Positions 1 through 8,812 of a stretch of 64,000 bases of DNA are shown in pieces. The translations under genes were made by a program, and so were the position numbers. The DNA comes from an uncultured Thermodesulfobacteriota bacterium (lineage in GTDB: Bacteria > Desulfobacterota > B13-G15). Each line of letters opens with the position of its first letter. Positions within the stretch are counted from its first letter, which is position 1. The notes beneath the pieces were generated by a model. That model made no database searches, was not told the origin of the DNA, and saw nothing but the letters and a program-made list of their open reading frames with translations. The stretch covers positions 6,121 through 70,120 of the forward strand of contig CAZIZI010000005.1 of the NCBI GenBank assembly GCA_964543765.1, written 5' to 3'.

Positions 1-453
1 GAGGTTAGGGAGCTCATGTCGGAGTTCGGCTTCCCAGGCATGAAAGTCTTACAGTTTGCCTTTGGTGATGATTTTCCTAAAAGTCCATATCTTCCTCATA
101 ACTTTACCCCCAATTGTTTCGCCTATACGGGTACTCATGATAATAATACGCTTCTCGGATGGTTCCGAGAAGAACTGAGTCCTGAAGCCAAAGAAAGGGT
201 TTTTAAATATCTCGGTAAGAGGCCCGATCCCAAGGATCTACCTTTGGAGATGATAAGGCTTCTTATGGCCTCAGTGGCCCAAGGGGTGATAGTGCCGATG
301 CAAGATATTTTGGGACTTCCTTCCTCGGCAAGGCTTAACGTGCCATCGAGCTCCAGGGGCAATTGGCGTTGGCGCCTTAAAGCTTCGGACTTAAGGCCTG
401 ACCTTATGGAAGTGCTTAGGGAGATGAGTTTTCTGTATGGCAGGGCTTTTTAA
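1..453 (+). CDS. malQ: 4-alpha-glucanotransferase (amylomaltase), C-terminal fragment; 5' end lies outside the window
   Basis: ORF runs off the window start. C-terminal motifs YTGTHDNNTLLGW and NVPSSSRGNWRWR are typical of GH77 MalQ. Confidence 0.75.
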   Translation, partial: EVRELMSEFGFPGMKVLQFAFGDDFPKSPYLPHNFTPNCFAYTGTHDNNTLLGWFREELSPEAKERVFKYLGKRPDPKDLPLEMIRLLMASVAQGVIVPMQDILGLPSSARLNVPSSSRGNWRWRLKASDLRPDLMEVLREMSFLYGRAF

Positions 454-459
454 ATTAAG

Positions 460-487
460 TTGACCTCCAACGAGGTTTTATTATAAA
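460..487 (+). promoter_or_regulatory. sigma70-like promoter (TTGACC, 16-nt spacer, TATAAA) upstream of the thiolase gene
   Basis: Consensus-like -35 at 460-465 and -10 at 482-487. AAGGAGG RBS at 508-514 precedes ATG 522. Confidence 0.45.
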
Positions 488-521
488 AAAAGCAAGAGTC
501 ATTTTGATAAGGAGGAAAAAT

Positions 522-1694
522 ATGGGAGGAAGGGTCGCAATCATAGGGGTAGGGCAAAGTGCTTTTGTGAGGGCTTACCCGGGCTCTTTGAGGGAACTTG
601 CCTTTGAGGCTTTTCGGGAGGCAATAGAGGATGCCAAAATAAGCCCGAAGGACATAGAAGCCTCTCTCATCTGTTCGGCGCCAGAATACGATCGTCAGAG
701 GTCACCGGCTGGGGTTATAGCCGAATACTTAGGGCTTATCCCGCAACCAACCTGTTATGTGGAGACCGTATGTTCTTCGTCAACAACTGGGGTGATTATG
801 GCTTATTCGATGATAAAATCCGGGCTTTATCGGACGGTGTGTGTTCTTGGGGTTCAGAAGATGTCCGAATTGAGCTCGATGGAAGTTCAAGAGAGGATGG
901 GAAGAGGAGCTGATATCCAATGGGAGTCACCTTTTGGGACCATGATGCCCGCCTATTATGCCCTTTATGCTCGGGCCTACATGGATAAGTGGGGGTTGAC
1001 CTCCGAGGACTTGGCCCAAGTTAGGATAAAGTCCTCTATTTACGGACAGATAAACGAGAAGGCCGTTTTTCGGAAAGCGGTGACCATGAATGATTTCCTG
1101 AATCCCGAAAGTAAATTCGCCGAACCCGTGGCTTCTCCATTGAGGGTGGGTGACTGCTGTGCTAATGCGGATGGTTCTTCCTGTATAATCTTGGCTTCGG
1201 AAGAAGTGGCTAAGGCAGTTTGCGAAAAGCCCGTGTGGATATTGGGAGTCGGTTCCGCTGCTGAGGCTGTGACAATGACCGGAAGACCTGACCTTACGCA
1301 AGGCCTAAGAGTAGCCCGGGTTGCTGCCGAAAAGGCCTATAGGATGGCGGGCATAACCCCGAAGGATGTAGATGTGGCTGAGGTTCACGATTGTTTTACC
1401 ATAGCGGAAATCATGGCCTATGAGAATTTGGGTTTTGCTAAACCGGGGGAGGGGAAAGAACTTATAAGGGCTAAAGAGACCTATAAGGAGGGTTCAATCC
1501 CGGTTAACGTAGATGGAGGGCTTCTTTCCAAAGGGCATCCGATAGGGGCAACGGGTGGCTCTCAGGTTCGTACGATCGTGCTTCAATTGAGAGGTGAGGC
1601 TGGTCCTATGCAGGTAAAGGACCCCGAAATCGGCTTGGTCCATAACATAGGGGGCGTTGGCCTTTATGGAAATGTGATCATAATGGGGAGGTAA
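522..1694 (+). CDS. thiolase-like protein (DUF35-partnered acetyl-CoA acetyltransferase / SCP-x type)
   Basis: Active-site Cys in ETVCSSSTTG and C-terminal GHPIGATG thiolase signature. The ORF track starts at TTG 504, but ATG 522 with a strong upstream RBS is the more likely start. Confidence 0.8.
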   Translation: MGGRVAIIGVGQSAFVRAYPGSLRELAFEAFREAIEDAKISPKDIEASLICSAPEYDRQRSPAGVIAEYLGLIPQPTCYVETVCSSSTTGVIMAYSMIKSGLYRTVCVLGVQKMSELSSMEVQERMGRGADIQWESPFGTMMPAYYALYARAYMDKWGLTSEDLAQVRIKSSIYGQINEKAVFRKAVTMNDFLNPESKFAEPVASPLRVGDCCANADGSSCIILASEEVAKAVCEKPVWILGVGSAAEAVTMTGRPDLTQGLRVARVAAEKAYRMAGITPKDVDVAEVHDCFTIAEIMAYENLGFAKPGEGKELIRAKETYKEGSIPVNVDGGLLSKGHPIGATGGSQVRTIVLQLRGEAGPMQVKDPEIGLVHNIGGVGLYGNVIIMGR

Positions 1695-1698
1695 GGCC

Positions 1699-2136
1699 AT
1701 GAAGGAAAAAAAGGAACAGGATACCCGTTTTGAGAAGTTTGGGGTTGTGAGTTTTACTGCTATAAGCAAAGTGAACGATTTTATCGATTACTTGGAAAAG
1801 GGCAAATTGGCGGGGACTCGTTGTAAGAAGTGCGGTAAGCTTTATTTCCCTCCTCGGGCGGACTGCTGCGAATGCTTATCGAGCGAGGTAGAGTGGTTTG
1901 AAGTAGAGGGTAAGGGCAAGCTTTTGAGCTTTACGCGCTTGACTTACGCCCCTGTGGGGTTTGAGAAGGTCTTGCCTTACACCTTGGGGCTTTTAGATTT
2001 TGGGCAATACAAGGTTTTCGGTTGGATCTCCAAGGATATCCCTGAAGAAGAGCTTAAGGTCGGTATGGAGATGGTCCCTGAAGTGATAAGGCTTGAAGGG
2101 GATAGATTGCTTTATCACTTCGTCAAGGCTTCATAG
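1699..2136 (+). CDS. DUF35 Zn-ribbon/OB-fold protein (thiolase partner)
   Basis: CKKCGK...CCEC zinc ribbon followed by an OB-fold region. Lies 5 nt downstream of the thiolase gene, the usual pairing. Confidence 0.75.
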   Translation: MKEKKEQDTRFEKFGVVSFTAISKVNDFIDYLEKGKLAGTRCKKCGKLYFPPRADCCECLSSEVEWFEVEGKGKLLSFTRLTYAPVGFEKVLPYTLGLLDFGQYKVFGWISKDIPEEELKVGMEMVPEVIRLEGDRLLYHFVKAS

Positions 2137-3044
2137 TAAAGGCGATGATGGAAAAGGCGAGACCTTATTTTTCCCTTTTTCATAAGCTTTTCGATCAATG
2201 GAAGGATTTCTCCTTCCTCAAAGCCCAGGCTTATCACGAGGTCTTCTAAGGTTTGAGGTCTTGTATCCAGTATCCTAAGGATCCTCTCCTCAAGGTCTTC
2301 ACGAGGGGAGGATCCTTTTTTTTGGTGAGAAGAGGAGATAAGAAAAGCCTTGGGTCCGAGTTCAGAGGCTATGGCTTTAAGCCTTTCTTCCGGTACCGGA
2401 TAGGCGTAATCTTCAGCTCCAGGCCTTGAGACGGTGTGAACGTGAACCAAATCAGGGTCTATTTGATAAATTACCTCATTCAACAACGCTATATCAGGCG
2501 GATTATCGTTTATGCCCCGACAAAGGAGTACCTCAAGCCATATCTTCCCCTTAAAGACCTTCCGAAAGTCCTTAAGGCCTTGAATAATATTTTCGAGCTT
2601 CAGGTCCGGGTGGGGTCTATTGAGGGTCTCAAAAACACTGGGGTTTGCCGTATCAAGGGAGGGTAAGATCACATCCGCAAGAAGAAGCGCCTCTTTTACC
2701 TCATCCATAAATAAAAGGGAGCTATTGGTTATGACCGCCAATGGATAAGGGCTCATTTCCCTTAATTCCTTAAGAAGATCACCTATTCTTGAATGTAAGG
2801 TGGGTTCGCCCGAACCGGAAACGCTTAGAAAATCAAGCCATTTCGGGGGATTCTTCAGGGCTTCTTCTACTTCTCGAAGTATTTCTTCTAAAGGGATGTA
2901 CTCCTCCCTTTTTATGGTCTTATTGGTGGTCCTTCCCACTTGGCAGTAGATACAATCGAAACTACAAGTCTTTTTGGGGACAAGATCGATCCCTAAACTT
3001 ATGCCGAGCCTTCGAGACATGACTGGACCATAAACGTATTTCAT
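2115..3044 (-). CDS. radical SAM protein (COG0731-like, YGPVxSRRLG family)
   Basis: N-terminal YGPVMSRRLGISLGI and CSFDCIYC (CxxxCxxC). Confidence 0.7.
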   Translation of the reverse strand: MKYVYGPVMSRRLGISLGIDLVPKKTCSFDCIYCQVGRTTNKTIKREEYIPLEEILREVEEALKNPPKWLDFLSVSGSGEPTLHSRIGDLLKELREMSPYPLAVITNSSLLFMDEVKEALLLADVILPSLDTANPSVFETLNRPHPDLKLENIIQGLKDFRKVFKGKIWLEVLLCRGINDNPPDIALLNEVIYQIDPDLVHVHTVSRPGAEDYAYPVPEERLKAIASELGPKAFLISSSHQKKGSSPREDLEERILRILDTRPQTLEDLVISLGFEEGEILPLIEKLMKKGKIRSRLFHHRLYYEALTK

Positions 3045-3061
3045 TCACTATCCCTCACCCT

Positions 3062-3619
3062 TTATCTTTCACCAAAAACTTCCTTATATAAGAACTCTCG
3101 AACTTCCTTTCTCTTCCTGGGTTCGGGGATTTCCTCAGGTAGGCCTAAAGGAATAATCACCACCACCTCCCTGTCCTCGGGAACTTTTAGGATCTCCTTT
3201 ACCCTTTTCGCGTCAAAGGCTCCTACAATAACCGTCCCCAATCCCTTTTCCCAAGCCGCAAGACAAAAATTTTGAACTGCAAGCCCCACGTCAAACATAA
3301 GCCAGTCACCTTTGTCAGTAGCGGGTTTTCCTTGAAAATACCCAGCCTTCCCCTTTTGTCCCAAAAACACCAGGACCCAGGGAGCCTTTTTGGTGGCTTC
3401 ATAAGCCGGATTGTGAGGATGGGAACTCAAAAGAGTTTGGGCCAAGCTTTCCTTCGTTTCAGGATTTCCTACAAGTATCACCTCCCAACATTGAGTGTTA
3501 GCCCACGAAGGGGCCCATTTTACGGCCTCAAGTAGCTCCAGGACCGTTTCTTCCGAGATTGGGTCACTTTTCATCTTCCTTATGGATCTTCTCCCCCTTA
3601 TGGCTTCCCAAACTTCCAT
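3062..3619 (-). CDS. nitroreductase family protein
   Basis: RRSIRKM...VLELLEAVKWAPSWANTQCW nitroreductase fold signature. Confidence 0.75.
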   Translation of the reverse strand: MEVWEAIRGRRSIRKMKSDPISEETVLELLEAVKWAPSWANTQCWEVILVGNPETKESLAQTLLSSHPHNPAYEATKKAPWVLVFLGQKGKAGYFQGKPATDKGDWLMFDVGLAVQNFCLAAWEKGLGTVIVGAFDAKRVKEILKVPEDREVVVIIPLGLPEEIPEPRKRKEVREFLYKEVFGER

Positions 3620-3620
3620 T

Positions 3621-4412
3621 CTATCCTCCTTTTAAAAGGATTCTGGCCTTGAGGGTTAAAGGATATCCGGGTTCTTGATTGAGCATTCGGAAGGATCTAT
3701 TCGCCAACCGTTTTAAGGAAGTGCGGAAGGTTTTGCTTCCCTCAAAATATAAGAACCCTCCTTCTTCTTTCGAGGCCAAAAGCAACTCGGGTTCAAATGG
3801 AATCGCCCCAAGGAGCTTAAGCTTTAAGCCCCTTGGTCTGTGCCACGATTCCTTGTTGAGAACTACCCCTATCGGTTTAATCCCTAATTGTCGGAAAAGG
3901 GTGTTAAGCCTTTTCACCTCAAAAACCGCTCCCCTAGAAGAGTCACTCACAAACAACACTTGAGCCTTTCCCTTGAGAAGTTCGCCCAATGTAAGATGCT
4001 CCTCTCCTATTCCAGGAGGCATATCGATTAACAAAAGCTCAAGATCCCCCCATTGGACTTTATTCAAAAAATGCTGTAAAACCCTGTGCCTTATGGGTCC
4101 CCTCCAGCTCACCGGAGTCCATCGTCGTTCCAAAAAGAGACCAAGCGACAAGACCTTTAAGCCTCTTACCTCCAAAGGTTCAATGTCTTCCTTCAAGGTC
4201 TCAATGCCCAAAGGAGGAATCCCCAGATAAAGGGGAATATCGGGTGAGGAGAGATTTGCATCTAAAATTCCAACCCTTTTTCCTTTCTCTAACCACCTCA
4301 GTGCCAAAAGAAGACTCAAGGTAGTTTTACCTACTCCTCCTTTACCTACAACCAAAAGATAATTCTTTATCTCCAATTCTATGCCTCCAAAAATCTTTTT
4401 GTTTCCCTTCAA
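3621..4412 (-). CDS. MinD/ParA/Mrp-superfamily P-loop ATPase
   Basis: Deviant Walker A VVGKGGVGKTT. No CxxC Fe-S carrier motif is seen. Confidence 0.65.
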   Translation of the reverse strand: MKGNKKIFGGIELEIKNYLLVVGKGGVGKTTLSLLLALRWLEKGKRVGILDANLSSPDIPLYLGIPPLGIETLKEDIEPLEVRGLKVLSLGLFLERRWTPVSWRGPIRHRVLQHFLNKVQWGDLELLLIDMPPGIGEEHLTLGELLKGKAQVLFVSDSSRGAVFEVKRLNTLFRQLGIKPIGVVLNKESWHRPRGLKLKLLGAIPFEPELLLASKEEGGFLYFEGSKTFRTSLKRLANRSFRMLNQEPGYPLTLKARILLKGG

Positions 4413-4414
4413 AC

Positions 4415-4873
4415 CTAAACTTGGGCCTCCTCCACCTCCTTTCGTTTTTCCTGTTGATAAGCTTTTACTTTCTCCCTTACTTGAGGATCGTAAAGCCCAA
4501 TGATCTTAGCTGCCGCTAAAGCTGCTTCTTCGGGTTCAAGAATCACCAAGGGGGCTACCCCGGAAGGCATCCTTAAGCTTGAGAAAATGTCAACCCCACC
4601 GAACTTATCACTGGGGACCGGACAGGCGATAACGGGTTTATAGGTTTGTGCATCCACAAGCCCACTTAAGGCATTGCTCCTTCCGGCTACAGTTATGAAA
4701 AGCTCCACCTCTTCTTCGAATTCCCTTACAAGTTGCAGGACCTTTTCTGGAGTCTTATGAGCCGAAGCAACCTTCATGATCACCTCAAGACCGAAAAGCT
4801 CAAGGTTTTTTTTTATCCTTTCACAATGCGAAAGATCCGATTTCGAACCCATAAAAATGGCGACCTTTCTCAT
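4415..4873 (-). CDS. purE: N5-carboxyaminoimidazole ribonucleotide mutase
   Basis: MGSKSD...SAHKTPEK...AGRSNALSGLVDAQTYKPVIACP, the PurE signature. Confidence 0.85.
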   Translation of the reverse strand: MRKVAIFMGSKSDLSHCERIKKNLELFGLEVIMKVASAHKTPEKVLQLVREFEEEVELFITVAGRSNALSGLVDAQTYKPVIACPVPSDKFGGVDIFSSLRMPSGVAPLVILEPEEAALAAAKIIGLYDPQVREKVKAYQQEKRKEVEEAQV

Positions 4874-5265
4874 ATCCCCAACCTCTTATCTATCGCATCC
4901 TTAATCCTCATGGAAGCTGCCTCATCGCCAAAAGTCCCAACCCTAATCCTGATGAGGGTGACCCTTTCCTCTAACTGTTTGGCCTTGATGCTTACCGGAG
5001 TTCCGGTTGCCGTTTTACCTTTAAGTGATCCCGAAAAGGTGTCTCGAGCTCTTTCGGTCACGGAAATTCCCATATCTTTTACTGCCTCTTCTGTGGCGTG
5101 CCAGACTTTTTCCAAGGGATAGGGATATTGAACTCGGAGTTCCCCACTTATGTATTTGTAAGTGACAACTCCTGCCGCCGCTCCCGCTCCTGCCGCTACA
5201 AGGTAAACACATCCGTAACAGCATAAAAGGGACAAAAGCAAAATTAAAGCTAATTTTTTCATCAA
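4870..5265 (-). CDS. small lipoprotein (DUF3568-like), function unknown
   Basis: Signal peptide with Cys-containing lipobox region (LLCCYGC). 131 aa. Confidence 0.45.
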   Translation of the reverse strand: MMKKLALILLLSLLCCYGCVYLVAAGAGAAAGVVTYKYISGELRVQYPYPLEKVWHATEEAVKDMGISVTERARDTFSGSLKGKTATGTPVSIKAKQLEERVTLIRIRVGTFGDEAASMRIKDAIDKRLGI

Positions 5266-5330
5266 ATACCTCCTTCCCGTATTTTAAGGATACCTTAACA
5301 TCCATACCCCTTATCTTTCAATAACAAAAA

Positions 5331-5960
5331 TCAATAAGCCATGATGATCACATCATAACCCAAAAGTCTCAATTTTTCGGCAAATGCGCGAGCTTCTCCT
5401 TCCTTTAGAAAATTCCCTATTCTAACTCGCCAATAAGTTCCGTTTTCCGTCTTAAAGGGCACTATGTAAGGGACAAAGCCTTGGGCTTTTAGCCTATCAT
5501 AAAGGACCTTGGCCTTTTTCTCTTCCGAAAATGCCCCTACTTGAAGGGTATAACCGAAGACCAGAGGCCCTTCCGGAAAACATATCACTTCCACCTTTAC
5601 CCGGGCCACTCCTTCTTCCACCATCCCCAGGGCTTTTGCTGCAGCATAAGACAAATCGATGATCCTTCCCTCCACCAAAGGCCCCCGGTCCTTTATCTTC
5701 ACCAGAACCGACCGGCCGTTCCCCAAATGGGTGACCATCACTAAGGTCCCAAGGGGAAGAAAATTATGAGCGGCACTTAACTCGTTCATGTCAAAGATCT
5801 CACCGCTTGAGGTCGCCCTTCCATGAAAGGCTTCCCCATACCAAGAGGCTAAGCCATACTGGACCTTCTGGATTTGAGGAGGCGGATATATGACCTTTGG
5901 GGCACAAGAGAAACAAAAGAGAAAAACCCAAAAGAGAAAAACCTTAAGAGAGAATCTCAA
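5331..5960 (-). CDS. rlpA: septal ring lytic transglycosylase RlpA (DPBB plus SPOR domains)
   Basis: ASWYGEAFHGRATSSGEIFD...RGPLVEGRIIDLS (DPBB) and a C-terminal SPOR-like domain. Signal peptide present. Confidence 0.8.
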   Translation of the reverse strand: MRFSLKVFLFWVFLFCFSCAPKVIYPPPQIQKVQYGLASWYGEAFHGRATSSGEIFDMNELSAAHNFLPLGTLVMVTHLGNGRSVLVKIKDRGPLVEGRIIDLSYAAAKALGMVEEGVARVKVEVICFPEGPLVFGYTLQVGAFSEEKKAKVLYDRLKAQGFVPYIVPFKTENGTYWRVRIGNFLKEGEARAFAEKLRLLGYDVIIMAY

Positions 5961-6948
5961 CCTTTAAATCTCCCCTGTTTATGGTTTCATCCTTCTGGAA
6001 AACCATCTCGGTCTTTTCAAATAAGGCTTTGAATCTTTTGAAAATCTCGCCTCTGTGGCCATAAAGAAGTGATTCATCCTTGGGGTTTATCCTCACCAAG
6101 GCCCTTTTGGGGTTATCCTGAAGGTAAAGCTTTAACTTATCCAACAAAAGGGCAGATCTCACCAGTTCGCCAAAAGCGGGATGATAGGGACCAACTACGA
6201 GGTTTCTTTCGAGTTCCTCTTCCCTTTGTAAGCCGATCCTTACCACTTGGATTTGAGCCCTTTGAAACTCGTAAAGGGCCTCTTTGGAAAGCTCCACGGC
6301 CTCCCAAAGCTCCAAAGGCTTATAAAGCCCCTCCCGATACCATTTTTCAAGTTCCGTACCTCTTAAGACAAGTGTTGGATAAATCCTGACAAAAGAAGGT
6401 CTCAATTGAATAACCCTTTTCACGGTTTCTTTGAAGGAATAAACCGTTTCTCCTGGAAGTCCTACCATTATCTGGATCCCCAGCTCAAAGCCCCACTCCT
6501 TAATTAGTTCAGAAGCTTTCATGACAGTTTCAACCCCATAGGGTCTTTTACTTAACTTCAACACCTCCGCATCCATAGATTGGACTCCCAATTCTATGGT
6601 CCTTACCTTTCCCCTTTTTAAGAGCTCGAGGATCCTTTCATCGATTAAATCAGGTCTTGTGGAAAGCCTGATAGAATTAATGAGACCCTTTTCAATAAAG
6701 GGATGGACCGAAAAAAGAAGCCTTTCCTGTAAAAAGAAGGGCAACCCCGTAAAGCTTCCACCGAAAAAGGCCACTTGAACTTCTTCCTTTTCTTTAAGTC
6801 TCTCTTTGAGCCATAATTCTATTTCTTCCCTTATCCTCTCAGGAGATGGAACTTGGGGGCTTTTTCCGACGGTTTTTTCCTGGTCACAATAAACACATCG
6901 GATCTTACAACCCAGATTAGGTATGAAGATGGGAATTACCCTTCTCAT
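5944..6948 (-). CDS. radical SAM protein (ELP3/TIGR01212-like, no GNAT domain)
   Basis: IFIPNLGCKIRCVYC contains a CxxxCxxC motif. Confidence 0.6.
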   Translation of the reverse strand: MRRVIPIFIPNLGCKIRCVYCDQEKTVGKSPQVPSPERIREEIELWLKERLKEKEEVQVAFFGGSFTGLPFFLQERLLFSVHPFIEKGLINSIRLSTRPDLIDERILELLKRGKVRTIELGVQSMDAEVLKLSKRPYGVETVMKASELIKEWGFELGIQIMVGLPGETVYSFKETVKRVIQLRPSFVRIYPTLVLRGTELEKWYREGLYKPLELWEAVELSKEALYEFQRAQIQVVRIGLQREEELERNLVVGPYHPAFGELVRSALLLDKLKLYLQDNPKRALVRINPKDESLLYGHRGEIFKRFKALFEKTEMVFQKDETINRGDLKVEILS

Positions 6949-7606
6949 TTAGCTTGGTTAAAGCCTCCTTAGCTGCTTTTTGTTCGGCTTCTTTTTTCGT
7001 TTTTCCTTCGCCTTTCCCCCAAATATGCCCCTTTATACGCACTACAGCCTCAAAGGTCTTTTGGTGATCAGGTCCCTTTTCGGATATGACCTTATAAACG
7101 GGCGTCTCCTTAAAGATTGCCTGGATTAACTCCTGAAGTTGAGTCTTATAATCGGTATGTTTAAGAGAGGGTTCTTTTATAAAATCCTCAAAAAGCCTTC
7201 TTATGATCTTCAAAGCTTCCTCTAAACCTCCATCAAGGTAAATGGCTCCAATTAAGGCCTCAAAGGCACTGGCCAAAACCGAAGGCTTCCCTCTTCCCCC
7301 ATCAAGCTCTTCCCCCTTTCCCAATCTCAAAAACTCAAAAAGCCCAAGTTTATGCGAGATCTCAAAGAGGGTCTCCTCTTTTACCAAATGGGCCCTTCTT
7401 TTGGAGAGTTCCCCCTCCTTGGCATAAGGAAAGGCCTCAAAGAGCAGATGAGTTATACAGACCCCAAGAACCGAATCCCCCAAAAATTCGAGCCTCTCGT
7501 TATGGGGAAAGCCGTAACTCGGATGAGTGAGAGCTTCCCTTAAGAGGGCCTTTTCCTTAAAACTATATCCGAGCCTTTCTTCTAGCTCCTTAAGCTTTTC
7601 GGCCAT
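6917..7606 (-). CDS. rnc: ribonuclease III
   Basis: ERLEFLGDSVLG signature and a C-terminal dsRBD. Confidence 0.9.
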   Translation of the reverse strand: MAEKLKELEERLGYSFKEKALLREALTHPSYGFPHNERLEFLGDSVLGVCITHLLFEAFPYAKEGELSKRRAHLVKEETLFEISHKLGLFEFLRLGKGEELDGGRGKPSVLASAFEALIGAIYLDGGLEEALKIIRRLFEDFIKEPSLKHTDYKTQLQELIQAIFKETPVYKVISEKGPDHQKTFEAVVRIKGHIWGKGEGKTKKEAEQKAAKEALTKLNEKGNSHLHT

Positions 7607-7715
7607 CCGAGTTTAAACTTATAAATTCCGTTACATTAAGTCAAACCGAAAGCCTATCCCCTCACGCTTTACCCTTTGCACTTTAAGTGTTATCTTCAAA
7701 CAAAAGGAGTTGTAA

Positions 7716-8792
7716 ATGAAGAGGGGCGAGGCCCTTTTACCTCTTCATTGGGGTGAGGCTCCCAGGTGGCTTTTCGAAAGGATGGTCAACTTAGGCAGGG
7801 GGATCCTTGAGGTTTTGGTGTTTGAATTTGGTCAAGAAGAGGTTTTGCGGAGGCTTTCGGATCCATTTTGGTTTCAGGCCTTGGGTTGTCTCTTAGGGTT
7901 CGACTGGCATTCAAGCGGATTGACAACGACCGTATGTGGAGCTTTGAAAGAGGCCTTAAAAGGCCGAGAGAAAGAGCTTAGGATTTTTGTAGCAGGTGGA
8001 AAAGGTAAAATGGCTCTTCGGACCCCTGAAGAGATCTCCAGTTATGGAGAAAGGTTTGGAATGGAAGTTAGTGATTTTATAAGGATCAGTCGTCTTGTGG
8101 CCAAGATCGATAATGCGGCTCTTCAGGACGGGTATCACCTTTATCATCACACCTTCTTCTTCACCTCCCAAGGCCACTGGTGTGTGATCCAGCAAGGGAT
8201 GAATCCCGATAATCACTATGCTCGAAGGTACCATTGGTCTTCAGATGAGTTGGAGGATTTTTGTTCCGATCCCCATAAGGCCATATGCTGTGACCAGAGG
8301 ACAAACGCCCTTAACTTGGTAGCTAAAGAAAGTGAAGGGGCAAGAAGGGCTATTGTTGAGATCTGTAACTCTCCTCCTTCTTCAGTTATGAAGGAATTAA
8401 GATCGCTAAAAACCTTGGTGCTTCCTGAGAGACATTATGTCTCTCTTGAAGATCTTTCCGAGGAAAGAATGCAGAAGATCCTTCTTAAGACTTGTGAAAC
8501 TCAACCACAAGGCTTTGAGGAGGTGCTTCTGGTTGAAGGCCTTGGTCCCAAAGCTTTGAGGGCCTTAAGCCTTCTTTCCGAACTTCTTTACGGTGAGCCC
8601 CCGTGTTTTAAGGACCCCGCTCGTTTTAGTTTTGCCCATGGTGGTAAAGATGGAAGGCCTTATCCCGTTAATCGAGTCCTTTACGATATGACCATCGAGG
8701 TCCTAAAGGATTGTCTTTCCCGGGCCAAAATTGGTGACACCGAGAAGCTTAAGGCTTTGAGGAGGCTTGATTCTTGGTATCTCAGATCGTAA
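7716..8792 (+). CDS. DUF763 domain protein (COG1415-like, mostly archaeal family)
   Basis: N-terminal HWGEAPRWLFERMVNLG motif that I recall for DUF763. 358 aa. Confidence 0.55.
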   Translation: MKRGEALLPLHWGEAPRWLFERMVNLGRGILEVLVFEFGQEEVLRRLSDPFWFQALGCLLGFDWHSSGLTTTVCGALKEALKGREKELRIFVAGGKGKMALRTPEEISSYGERFGMEVSDFIRISRLVAKIDNAALQDGYHLYHHTFFFTSQGHWCVIQQGMNPDNHYARRYHWSSDELEDFCSDPHKAICCDQRTNALNLVAKESEGARRAIVEICNSPPSSVMKELRSLKTLVLPERHYVSLEDLSEERMQKILLKTCETQPQGFEEVLLVEGLGPKALRALSLLSELLYGEPPCFKDPARFSFAHGGKDGRPYPVNRVLYDMTIEVLKDCLSRAKIGDTEKLKALRRLDSWYLRS

Positions 8793-8812
8793 GCGAACCC
8801 CTTTCTTGGAGA

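Noticed and set aside
504-521. TTG start for the thiolase ORF proposed by the ORF track
   Set aside because: ATG 522 is preceded by a canonical AAGGAGG site at optimal spacing, and the 6 extra residues are actually the translated RBS.
3621-4412. Considered calling the P-loop ATPase an Mrp/ApbC Fe-S carrier
   Set aside because: The conserved C-terminal CxxC motif of ApbC/Nbp35 is absent, so it is left as a generic MinD/ParA-superfamily ATPase.
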